From positions 1-37,331 of the forward strand of contig JAYODI010000060.1 of the NCBI GenBank assembly GCA_038279365.1: a stretch of 37,331 nucleotides of DNA. The letters run 5' to 3'. Both the position numbers and the translations under genes were made by a program. This DNA comes from Candidatus Latescibacterota bacterium (GTDB taxonomy: Bacteria; Latescibacterota; UBA2968). Within the stretch, counting starts at the first letter, position 1; each line of letters starts with the position of its first letter. Shown here in pieces: positions 26,801 through 33,542 of this stretch. Under the pieces are notes generated by a model. That model was not told the DNA's origin. It worked only from the letters and a program-made list of their open reading frames with translations, and did no database searches.

Positions 26801-27277
26801 CTCTGTGCCCGAAGAAGTGCGGCGTATGGGCAACAAACCTATGCCAAAATGATCTTCTACAGACCGTACTTTTACAGAATCGGGCATGGTCAATACAATG
26901 CGATATCCCCCAATGCCAGACACATCATCCAAATACACCAGAAAACCATTGTCCGTTGGTTCCAGTTCAACACGACTGTTGGTATTGGGGCCCGTTGAAA
27001 CAGTCAAACTCGCTGATGTTCTGTCATTGCCAAAAACATCCGCAAAAAGAAAGGCGTCTAACCCATCAATGGCATTGTCTTGATTCAAATCTACTGCACG
27101 CTGATACCTGGTAGAATCGGATGTTAGCCCAAATTGGGAAATGAAACGGGAAAAATCAACAAAATCCACAGCTCCATTGCTATCAAAATCGGCAATAACA
27201 GTCTGTTGCGCAGAGACATTGACAGAAAAATACAATGTCAAAGTGATGATCGAAGCAAACATAAAACGCAGCTTCAT
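20879..27277 (-). CDS. Giant secreted protein (2132 aa): signal peptide, 3 dockerin-like double EF-hands, 3 cohesin-like domains, 14 ASH/choice-of-anchor-D Ig-like repeats; scaffoldin-like
   Basis: Signal peptide ending VSA-Q; EF-hand pairs at about 27029-27193, 26071-26225 and 20924-21088; cohesin-like G(G/V)xxxLx(Y/M)(D/P) beta-domains; 14 repeats of the form (L/I)xFG..xxG......xNxG...(V/I)RFxP...G...DTL. The CDS is certain; the domain calls are by eye. Confidence 0.85.
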   Translation of the reverse strand: MKLRFMFASIITLTLYFSVNVSAQQTVIADFDSNGAVDFVDFSRFISQFGLTSDSTRYQRAVDLNQDNAIDGLDAFLFADVFGNDRTSASLTVSTGPNTNSRVELEPTDNGFLVYLDDVSGIGGYRIVLTMPDSVKVRSVEDHFGIGLLPIRRTSSGTEIVGLVMGNRNLNASGLLAGITFTGDTTGVSVASVSLRGKRVNLGNQQFLGDRNTISATNIKRIPVGDIALRPRYFDLGEVSLGDTRTRSFDIVNTFNNQAVLGTRRNLAFEISSSNSALTADPNVFGVLADTTTGLATGGTQKVTLTFKPTQAGLFQGILSVKTNRPERPIVRVHVKADVKSSFVGTRSRVVANFDTLKLVDYGDFDELITRFGTIPDSTKYDLDKDGVVDGDDAFLFADLLGGFEGRASYDTVRVITGANLASAVRVQSAGEELTVTVRDLANMGGYRLNLSYDTRVLDVRWAKDLAGGGMMPIRRTSTGAEVVGMGFGGLIENPGDLPLAQIGVRPLSGQANAASLVRVTGVVFRGNKGERDSVGAVYIGGNGLDASPRVVDFGNLRIGATLQKTFRVYNLGTASTAFQIKSSDSLVTTSPRSVGNLGPGRTWDVTVTYRSVAPGPFASTLTLSANDADTSAIRIGVKAFGAVVNVSPDSLVFADTFIGQNVKLPITVTNPNLTPFEIQDLRLSRGDTVFVVDAKPSLPLSVAPNGGTQQLTVRFNPLAQGNVRDTLRIVGKDTSFVIPLTGKGLQQKATLSSAVLSFGNVTLGRDTTLSVVVGNAGNVTYRIDSLKVGKRDTSFAYVGAVKFPDTLAVGRLDTLRVRFRPDTTGAKRDTLRIYGQDTTWAVALSGTGLPRPIIQPPPLEDVVVVTFGGSVTKSRNIIHFGKVAWGKSDTAKVRVQNRRSGNLTFRFSTTDSQVVVKPDSVQNLPPNQEWDVVLTITPKRALQTQSEFRITTNEVGDGVTSIILKSGGSNPVLSDSVLSFGKIGLGNPITKTVTLTNTGYSRLILDSLSLKADSNFALVNPPTLPLSIAEEGGKQTFSVRFTPRSRGTLANAIRFSGLDTSIVLPLTGIGRETKLTLVPDSLAFGLLRIGKRDSLNLELTNAGGDTVIVNALGLLGSGVPYTLGKVVVLPDTLVPLAKRQMSVVFAPIVAGTIRDTLQVVAGLDTLRAKISGIGTVARATISSLVRPFGDLPVGRSRLDTVTVRNAGNVPIAIQNVSLQGGNRGFALIQAPNDTLGVNATLQYVVRFQPDTTAVGADTLRIQMVDTTFSVAMTGRGIPSLTITRTDNGISYAPNQLDFADLSDGQTARRIVRVTNSASTPWTFTTQSPAPGLSVSPSSFNGLPPAQSWDLVALWKPIVNGQKLTVLNVTTNTVTPVPIGRNGAFVRLLTDSLSYGSLRLGTDSTQVVRIRNGGQGKVVIQAVNVKGQVGFGLVTPPSLPVLLSENDSLLVRVKFAPQTAGDITDTLRVVAADTAFSVPIKGRGIESVVSLNRASLDFGSVVANRDSTLSVILKNTGNGSFVLDSLKLVTPTTAFAITAAPPTPNTILGGGDADTVAIRFRPADLGDYTGTLFFYGAKQTWTVPLMGKSTQTGAISSGIVISFGPNVTRSDSIMDFGNVPFGSTRRLSFDVTNRRDSTFTFSVVSPHAQVKIESISATSLLPNQNATITVAFAPVVGGVTAVDLNITTNAPADGVVNLKVQKDRPPVRMEPLALNFGTVLTGLQDTLKTLIINPQVLNFSVTQIKLARGQAFSVVDGPSLPDTVRANGGTRIFTVRFAPTTNGTFRDTLQVVGASQSFHVALVGQGVRAQVASGIDSLKFGVVGVGKDSTLSFQVSNTGDVALRFNGVTVEGANFAKTDTLGYVDSLGVGKMQVFKIRYAPTSGGAHSGQVRVIYGSQVVVVALRGTGLAPPRVTAGPIALDMNLDVGDQRKRELAVTGRQITVDLAITEGALGTAGVNIVLAYDTTAVAFSEFSLVDLYANATPIVTREATGVKFSVVFLGTTTASRDSGSMGRAQFTLLGNAGSTAIRIERAEFAKSGVIFPLDIGSEGATVTVEGTAERSADFNGDGEVGFADFILFAARFGTRTGEPRFDEAFDLDNDGSVGFPDFITFAGKFGTKTGKPVLSKPTSN
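21555..26600 (-). repeat. Array of 14 diverged Ig-like (ASH/choice-of-anchor D) protein repeats of about 100 aa
   Basis: Repeat starts: YFDLGEV, VDFGNL, LVFADT, LSFGNV, IHFGKV, LSFGKI, LAFGLL, RPFGDL, LDFADL, LSYGSL, LDFGSV, MDFGNV, LNFGTV, LKFGVV. The first is separated from the rest by a dockerin-cohesin module. Boundaries are approximate. Confidence 0.8.
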
Positions 27278-27346
27278 TTCTTAAAATCCTTTCACAAATT
27301 TTGTACGAGCAAAATCCACTTAAACATTTTAAAATTCATACTTTAA

Positions 27347-27375
27347 ATTATAGGCAGGAAGGTTTCCTTTGTCAA
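27347..27375 (-). promoter_or_regulatory. Perfect-consensus sigma70 promoter of the giant protein gene
   Basis: Minus strand TTGACA-AAGGAAACCTTCCTGCC (17 bp)-TATAAT; A/T-rich UP-like tract at about 27380-27410. Confidence 0.85.
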
Positions 27376-27432
27376 TTCATTACAAGTAAAAACAAAATAA
27401 AAAAAGAATGGCATTCTCACCTGAATAAATCC

Positions 27433-27461
27433 TTGACAAAAGGTTGGGCATTGTGTAATTT
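27433..27461 (+). promoter_or_regulatory. Putative sigma70 promoter of tRNA-Gly
   Basis: TTGACA (27433-27438)-17 bp-TAATTT (27456-27461), about 25 bp before the tRNA. Confidence 0.65.
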
Positions 27462-27486
27462 TTGTCCCTGTAATGATTGAATATGA

Positions 27487-27563
27487 GCGGGAATAGCTCA
27501 GCTGGCTAGAGCATCTGCTTGCCATGCAGAAGGTCGCGGGTTCGAATCCCGTTTCCCGCTCCA
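27487..27563 (+). tRNA. tRNA-Gly (anticodon GCC)
   Basis: GCGGGAA acceptor stem pairs with TTCCCGC; D-arm AGCTCAGCTGGCTAGAGC; anticodon arm TCTGC-TTGCCAT-GCAGA; T-arm GGTTCGAATCC; encoded 3' CCA. Confidence 0.97.
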
Positions 27564-27576
27564 TTTTATGCGATTC

Positions 27577-27612
27577 AAACCCCGTTAAAATGATATTTTT
27601 AACGGGGTTTTG
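27577..27612 (+). terminator. Intrinsic terminator after tRNA-Gly
   Basis: AAACCCCGTTAAAA (27577-27590) / TTTTAACGGGGTTT (27597-27610) followed by T residues. Confidence 0.85.
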
Positions 27613-27645
27613 TATTTCCACATCGTATACACAAGGAACAAGATT

Positions 27646-28797
27646 ATGCCCCTTTCTGATCATTTAAAAAAGCAATTTACCCATCTGGCACTCCCAGAGC
27701 TTTCACTGTGGGCACCCGGCCCACATATGCTTACGCCAGCAGTACAAGACGTTTTAAAGTCGTATCAATCAACCTATTCACACAGGTCATCTAACTTTAA
27801 AGCAGCATACCAAAAGGCCTATGATCTGCTCAGAGAAGTCTTTTCCATCCCAGAGGGTTTTACACCCATTATCTTTGGACACACGGGCAGCTACAACTGG
27901 GAAATGGTGGTGACAAATACCCCATCCAATTACCGAACAATCGGGATGGATATTGGTGCATTTTCCCAAAAATGGACCCAAGTCTTTGAAAGCCGAAACC
28001 GCCAGATAGACGTTTTATCTGCACCTTGGGGAGATGGTTTTGACAAAAAGACTTGGTCAGAAGCCCTTGGCAAAGACAAATATGATTTGGGTCTTATCAT
28101 CCATAACGAAACAGCCACGGGCGTGATGCTTCCCATACAAGAATTATGTGACACAGCCCGAGCACAATCGCCCAACACGCTTTTGGCCATTGATGCCGTA
28201 AGCATCGCCGGAGCCGCAAATGTTCCCATCGACCAATTGCGCCCCGACTACTATTTATGGAGCCTACAAAAAGATTTTTCTTGTCCCACCATCGGTTCTG
28301 TTATGATTGTTTCAGACCGAGCTCTCGAAGTTGCCAAAAACACGCCCCACCGGGGCTATGTGCTCGACCTGATCGAATGGCACGCCAAAGCCATTACCTA
28401 CCAAACGCCCATGACAGTTGCCGATTTGACATTGCTTTGTTTATCAGCTCGGTTGGAAGAAATGCGCAATGAAGGTTCCGCCCGTTTTACCAGGCATCAA
28501 AACTTGACCCAAATGCAACACGATTGGGCCAAAAAACATGGCCTTCGTCTCATTGCCAAACCCGGCTACGAAAGCCTTACGGTAAGCGCCATTGTTTTGC
28601 CCGAACACATCAAAGGCCCAGCTTTTGTCTCTTTGGCCAAAACACATCTCAATGTACAACTTGGCCCCGGATATGGTGCCACAAAAGACACCGCATTTCG
28701 CATTGCGGCCATGGGCCATACTTCCGAAGCCAATATGGCCCAAATACTCGAAGGCCTTTCACTCATCATTGAAAACTGGGACGCTTTAAACGCTTAA
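27646..28797 (+). CDS. PLP-dependent aminotransferase class V (serine-pyruvate/alanine-glyoxylate/phosphoserine aminotransferase-like)
   Basis: APGP, SHRS, HNETATGV, DAVS, SLQK (PLP lysine), QTPMT, FRIAAMG; ATG 27646 after AAGGA. Confidence 0.88.
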   Translation: MPLSDHLKKQFTHLALPELSLWAPGPHMLTPAVQDVLKSYQSTYSHRSSNFKAAYQKAYDLLREVFSIPEGFTPIIFGHTGSYNWEMVVTNTPSNYRTIGMDIGAFSQKWTQVFESRNRQIDVLSAPWGDGFDKKTWSEALGKDKYDLGLIIHNETATGVMLPIQELCDTARAQSPNTLLAIDAVSIAGAANVPIDQLRPDYYLWSLQKDFSCPTIGSVMIVSDRALEVAKNTPHRGYVLDLIEWHAKAITYQTPMTVADLTLLCLSARLEEMRNEGSARFTRHQNLTQMQHDWAKKHGLRLIAKPGYESLTVSAIVLPEHIKGPAFVSLAKTHLNVQLGPGYGATKDTAFRIAAMGHTSEANMAQILEGLSLIIENWDALNA

Positions 28798-28832
28798 TAG
28801 CAAGTGACCATTTTCATTTTGCCATAAAAACT

Positions 28833-29654
28833 ATGTCATATCCCACATCCATGGTGTGCCCAAGCTGTGGCACGCTCATCAATACAGACGAAAAAAGCTG
28901 CCCACATTGTGGTGCCTGGCAACCCAATCTCTTTGGGATAGGCCCCACCCTCAACCGATTGTTTGGTGGTCGCATTGATGTCCTCACGCTTATACCAACA
29001 GGGTGCATTGGGCTTTATGTCCTTAGTTTGATATTGGACTTGGGAGCTGCGCTCAACGTCAGTGGCGGTTTGTTTGGCATGCTCAGCCCAGGGCGAAAAC
29101 CACTCATATTGTTGGGCATGACCCATGGCAGTGCGCCTTGGTGGACCGTTCTAACAGCAACATACTTGCACGGTGGTTTGTTACACATCATCTTTAATGT
29201 GATGTGGATTCGGCAATTGGGCCCCGATGTTGGCCATCTTTATGGCCCAGCACGTTATTTCATTATCTATACCGTATCAGGTGCAGTCGGTTTTTTACTG
29301 TCAAACGCATTTTCGGGCTACCCCACCGTAGGCGCATCTGGGGCTATTTTTGGCCTCTTAGCAGCCCTCATTGTTTATGGTCGCAATTCAAAAAGCAGCA
29401 TGGGTGCCATGATGACCCGACAGATATGGCAATGGGCCATTCTGATGTTTATCTTCGGTTTTTTGATGAGTGGCGTAAACAACTGGGCACATTTTGGTGG
29501 GTTTGCGGGTGGTTGGATTGCCGCACAATTTTTAGTTTCCCAATCAGGTCGCAGAGAAGGTCGTTTCACCATCCTCTTCGCTTTACTCTGTTTGGCACTC
29601 ACCATTTTGGGGTTTGCGTTGTCCATCTGGACATATCTCCCGTTATTTATTTAA
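28833..29654 (+). CDS. Rhomboid intramembrane serine protease with an N-terminal zinc ribbon
   Basis: CPSC-x9-CPHC; HGGLLHIIFN, GASGAIFG (catalytic Ser), AHFGG (catalytic His); multiple TM helices. Confidence 0.92.
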   Translation: MSYPTSMVCPSCGTLINTDEKSCPHCGAWQPNLFGIGPTLNRLFGGRIDVLTLIPTGCIGLYVLSLILDLGAALNVSGGLFGMLSPGRKPLILLGMTHGSAPWWTVLTATYLHGGLLHIIFNVMWIRQLGPDVGHLYGPARYFIIYTVSGAVGFLLSNAFSGYPTVGASGAIFGLLAALIVYGRNSKSSMGAMMTRQIWQWAILMFIFGFLMSGVNNWAHFGGFAGGWIAAQFLVSQSGRREGRFTILFALLCLALTILGFALSIWTYLPLFI

Positions 29655-29674
29655 TCAATACGCCCATTTTTTGT

Positions 29675-30706
29675 TCACACCGACGCCCTCAATCGCTTTC
29701 CAGTTCCGTCCCAAGCGGGCAAACTTCCCCCATCACCCAATATCCAATCTACATGTAAAACCACATGATCTATGGTTTCTCTGTTGTTTGTAAACGTAAT
29801 ATGCAACAACCCATCTCGCGTTTGAATAATGGCCGGATAATGAAACGAACCTTCACCCGTAACCAAATCCCGCCGGTGTGACCACGTCCGCCCATCGTCT
29901 TCACTGAGTGCCAATGTTAATGGATTTCGCGCCTTGGGATTGCTGTTCCAGGCCACCACCACGCGTCCATCATCCAATTTCACCGCATCAAGTGCCGCAA
30001 ACGGAGAAGCCAAGTCGGTGGTTGTCGCATCAGACCAAGTGTGCCCACCATCAAAAGATTCACTTTGCAGCACACACCCTTGGCTACCAGATGGGCGCAA
30101 AAGAGCCAACAATGATCCGTCATTTCGCTCTATAAGAGTCGGATGTTGGTTGGGTTCCCCCATAATGGGCCCAGTCATAAACCACGATTGACCATCATCT
30201 TCACTGATCCAAAACCGCGAGTGCCCATCGTCATATTCCGTACCAAAAATCAAATGTCCCGATTTTAACCGAATCGGTTTACACCTCGGCACATGCCCCC
30301 ACTTTGCATCCACCATCATCACATTAGACCACGTTTTGCCCCGATCATCCGATGTTTTCATTCGCAGATCACATGTTCGCCATCGAACACCTGGACCATG
30401 CCGACCGTCTAAACGGCCGTGCATGGTATTGTAAACCAAGACCACTTTCCCTTCCCGATCTTGAAACAAAATACCGTTGCCTTCCGGTTTGCTTTCCGAA
30501 TCGGCAACGGTTTCTAATGGATCAAATTGATCTCGCCCACTCACACGCCGTGCAATAACCCAAGCGGCATCAGGGCGTGCCTCACCGGTTCCTGCATAAT
30601 ACCCTACCAAAAGATCACCATTGTCTAATTCTGTAATAACCGAACAATGGCACGATGGAAACCGCTCAGACGGCGGGGCCACCCCCTCCCATAATTCAAT
30701 GGCCAA
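29675..30706 (-). CDS. BNR/Asp-box beta-propeller, exo-alpha-sialidase-like (no signal peptide)
   Basis: Four Asp-boxes SDDRGKTW, SEDDGQSW, SFDGGHTW, SEDDGRTW; RNPL and FHYP motifs; TTG start with GGAGG RBS. Confidence 0.85.
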   Translation of the reverse strand: MAIELWEGVAPPSERFPSCHCSVITELDNGDLLVGYYAGTGEARPDAAWVIARRVSGRDQFDPLETVADSESKPEGNGILFQDREGKVVLVYNTMHGRLDGRHGPGVRWRTCDLRMKTSDDRGKTWSNVMMVDAKWGHVPRCKPIRLKSGHLIFGTEYDDGHSRFWISEDDGQSWFMTGPIMGEPNQHPTLIERNDGSLLALLRPSGSQGCVLQSESFDGGHTWSDATTTDLASPFAALDAVKLDDGRVVVAWNSNPKARNPLTLALSEDDGRTWSHRRDLVTGEGSFHYPAIIQTRDGLLHITFTNNRETIDHVVLHVDWILGDGGSLPAWDGTGKRLRASV

Positions 30707-30721
30707 ATGACACCTCCAAAC

Positions 30722-31918
30722 TTATCCAGCAATACAAAAAAAACATTTCAAATATCGACCTTCAGGAAATGCAGCAAACGCGGGATGATCTACAGAATTC
30801 AAATGGGTTTTGATCACTTGTAAATTTCGGTTGGCTTCGGCACCAGCCAATCTTATATACCCAAAAAATGTTTCATAATCTAAAGCAGAAGAACAAGACG
30901 CACTTACCAATATGCCGCCAGGATTTAACACTTCCAGAGCCATTTTATTAAGCCGCACATATGCACGTGAAGCACGCTTGAGTGCCCCCAATGACTTTGC
31001 AAATGCGGGTGGATCCACCACAACCACATCAAACAGACGCCCGGTTTCTTTGCATGCTTTTAAATGGTCAAATACATTTTCTTGAATACAAGGGTGATCC
31101 TGAGGGTCAAAGCCATTGAGAGACAAGTTTTCTTTTGCAAGCACCAATGCGGGTTCTGAAGCATCCACACTTTCAACCCTTTTTGCCCCACCATAAGCAG
31201 CAAAAACAGAAAAACCACCCGAATAAGAAAAACAGTTGAGCACATCCGCTTCATGACAAAAAGAAGCCACTGCCAATCGGTTGTCTCTTTGATCCAAAAA
31301 GAAACCCGTTTTTTGCCCTGTATGCACATCACACACAAACTTTAAGCCATTTTCTAAAAAAGGAACCCGCTCAGGTGGCATTTCGCCAGCCAACACACCC
31401 ACTGGCAATGTGTCTAAGCCCTCCCCTTCACGCGCCCCCACATCACTGCGTTCAAAAATCCCTTTGGGTGCAACCTGCTTCATGAGGGCATCCACTATAA
31501 TTTCGCGCCACCGATCCATGCCCAACGTATGAATTTGAACCACCAAATAATCGCCATAACGATCCACCACCAAGCCCGGTAAAAAATCGTTTTCACTATG
31601 AATAAGGCGATAGGCATTGGTTATCGTTTCGTCAAAAGCACGCAAACGCAAAATCACAGCCTGTTGAATGCGTCGAAACATCCATTCTGCATCAATTTTT
31701 TCATTTTCATCACGCGTTAACATGCGCACAGGTATTGATGAATGGGCATTATAAAAACCTTTGCCTACAAATTTTTCGCGCCAATCCAAAACCTGAATCA
31801 CTTCACCAATGGGCATGCCTTTAGGTTCTTTGGCTACCGCTGCCCGAAAAACCCAAGGATGACCTTCTAATATCCATTTTTCCCGCCCTCTTTTTAATAC
31901 CAAACTTGCTTCACTCAT
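30722..31918 (-). CDS. rlmI: 23S rRNA m5C1962 methyltransferase RlmI-like class I SAM methyltransferase
   Basis: PUA domain GHPWVF, LPGLVVDRYG, GQKTGFFLDQR, FSYSGGF, DPPAF, SCS, DHP..FPEGRYLK. ATG 31918 overlaps the upstream stop (ATGA). Confidence 0.88.
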   Translation of the reverse strand: MSEASLVLKRGREKWILEGHPWVFRAAVAKEPKGMPIGEVIQVLDWREKFVGKGFYNAHSSIPVRMLTRDENEKIDAEWMFRRIQQAVILRLRAFDETITNAYRLIHSENDFLPGLVVDRYGDYLVVQIHTLGMDRWREIIVDALMKQVAPKGIFERSDVGAREGEGLDTLPVGVLAGEMPPERVPFLENGLKFVCDVHTGQKTGFFLDQRDNRLAVASFCHEADVLNCFSYSGGFSVFAAYGGAKRVESVDASEPALVLAKENLSLNGFDPQDHPCIQENVFDHLKACKETGRLFDVVVVDPPAFAKSLGALKRASRAYVRLNKMALEVLNPGGILVSASCSSALDYETFFGYIRLAGAEANRNLQVIKTHLNSVDHPAFAAFPEGRYLKCFFCIAG

Positions 31919-33534
31919 TTTACATACCCCATTCTTTTTTCCAAAGGATCGGGTACCCAATCGGCCTGCATACCCAAATCATTCAAGATAACCTGTGCAG
32001 CATTATAACCAGGCAATCCAGTCACATTACCACCAGGGTGACAACACGAACCACATAAATATAATTTTTTTAAATGCCCACGGTAATGCCCCGCCCCCAT
32101 AAATGGACGGTGATACCCAACCTGCCCATTGGTAAATGCCCCCACCAACAAATCTCCACCAACCATATTGGGCAAAGACCGCTCCGTATCTAAGGCGCTT
32201 CTTACAAACCAATCGATCACATCATCTTTTAAATTGGGTGCATAATCACACCATTTATCCAACATCATCCGACCATGTGCTGCTCGCTCTTTGTCCCAGT
32301 TTTTAGGGTCTCCATTCAAACGATAGGGCAACTTTTCCCACATAAATGCCGTATGTTTGCCCGCAGGTGCTTGCGATGGGTCAAAGTGCGTCGGGCATGC
32401 CCCCCACATCACCGTTGGCGGAATCGTACCTTTTTGATGGTGGGCCACAATTTCTGGGAATTGGTCAATGTGCTCAAGCCCCAATATCACCATCAGCGCA
32501 TTTTTCACTTCTGGGTTTCGAGATGCCGCACGATATTGAGGTGGATTTTCCAAATTGAGATTTAAAGCAAATAAAGGTGCTATCAAATTGTATTCAAATG
32601 CCCGTGCGCGCGATTTCCATTTATGGGGTAATACATCATCAGACAACAGGTTTAAAAATGTTTGTTGCGGGTTCAATCCCGATGCAACAAATAACTTTGC
32701 GCCAAACCGAAAACCGTCTGTGGTTTTCACACCCACCACCTGATCTGCCTCAACAAGGATCTCATCGGGTTCACACATAACCCGAATCTCTCCCCCTGTA
32801 GCTTGCACAGCTTTTACCAATGCGCGTGCCAACCCCGCCGAACCACCCACACACATTTGAGCTTTGCCCGTGCTGGCCAACAGAGCAGGAATATGGTGTC
32901 CAAAACCAGGACATCTCAGATCCACTTCCCGTAGACCATTAAAAAAAAGCAACCCAGCCTGCACTATGGGACTTTCAAATTCTCGTTCTACAAACTCCAA
33001 CGGAGACAAAACACTTGTTTGTAACAACAACCGTCCTGCTTCACTTTGTGCCAACAATTCCCGTCGTTTTTGAGGCTCCATGGGTGGCGCTTGGCTTTCG
33101 GGAATCAAAATTTTTTCTACAACTGGCAAAAATGCGTCTCGCCACCTCTTAAGTGATTCCGCATCTTTTTGACTAAATTGCGCAAACGAATCAACCGTTT
33201 TTTGAAAATCAGTCCACCAACCCAACATATCACCACTTTGAAGCACCAAGGCCACATTCAATTCGGGTTCAAGATACGTTGCCCCAAATTTTTCAAGCAG
33301 CAAATCTCGATACCAGGGCAGGTGTGTTACCCCCCGATGAAAAAAGGAATGGGTATTATGCAAAAAACCCGGATGACGCGGGTCCTCTACCGTAGACAGC
33401 CCCCCTCCGGGTCGATCAGAACGTTCAAGACATAGCGTGCGCAACCCCATCTGCCCCATATAGGCTTGCAGAATCAGGCTGTTATGCCCCGCCCCTATAA
33501 TAATGCCATCATAGATGGCGTCAAAATCGGCCAT
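31915..33534 (-). CDS. FAD-dependent oxidoreductase, phytoene desaturase/COG1233 (PYROXD2/CrtO-like) family
   Basis: IIIGAGHNSL Rossmann fold, ERSDRPGGG, DPSQAPAGKHT, LYLCGSCCHPGGNVTGLPGYNAA. The start could extend to 33549. Confidence 0.85.
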   Translation of the reverse strand: MADFDAIYDGIIIGAGHNSLILQAYMGQMGLRTLCLERSDRPGGGLSTVEDPRHPGFLHNTHSFFHRGVTHLPWYRDLLLEKFGATYLEPELNVALVLQSGDMLGWWTDFQKTVDSFAQFSQKDAESLKRWRDAFLPVVEKILIPESQAPPMEPQKRRELLAQSEAGRLLLQTSVLSPLEFVEREFESPIVQAGLLFFNGLREVDLRCPGFGHHIPALLASTGKAQMCVGGSAGLARALVKAVQATGGEIRVMCEPDEILVEADQVVGVKTTDGFRFGAKLFVASGLNPQQTFLNLLSDDVLPHKWKSRARAFEYNLIAPLFALNLNLENPPQYRAASRNPEVKNALMVILGLEHIDQFPEIVAHHQKGTIPPTVMWGACPTHFDPSQAPAGKHTAFMWEKLPYRLNGDPKNWDKERAAHGRMMLDKWCDYAPNLKDDVIDWFVRSALDTERSLPNMVGGDLLVGAFTNGQVGYHRPFMGAGHYRGHLKKLYLCGSCCHPGGNVTGLPGYNAAQVILNDLGMQADWVPDPLEKRMGYVK

Positions 33535-33542
33535 TTCATTTT

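Noticed and set aside
27487-27612. tRNA-Gly as an integration site for a genomic island
   Set aside because: No integrase and no duplicated tRNA 3' end seen in the window; flanking genes look native.
27343-27663. 106-aa minus-strand ORF (MERETGFEPATFCMASRCSSQLSYSR)
   Set aside because: It is the antisense shadow of tRNA-Gly, a classic spurious ORF.
31915-33534. Carotenoid biosynthesis gene crtI
   Set aside because: No crtB/crtE or other carotenoid genes nearby; only family-level similarity is supportable.
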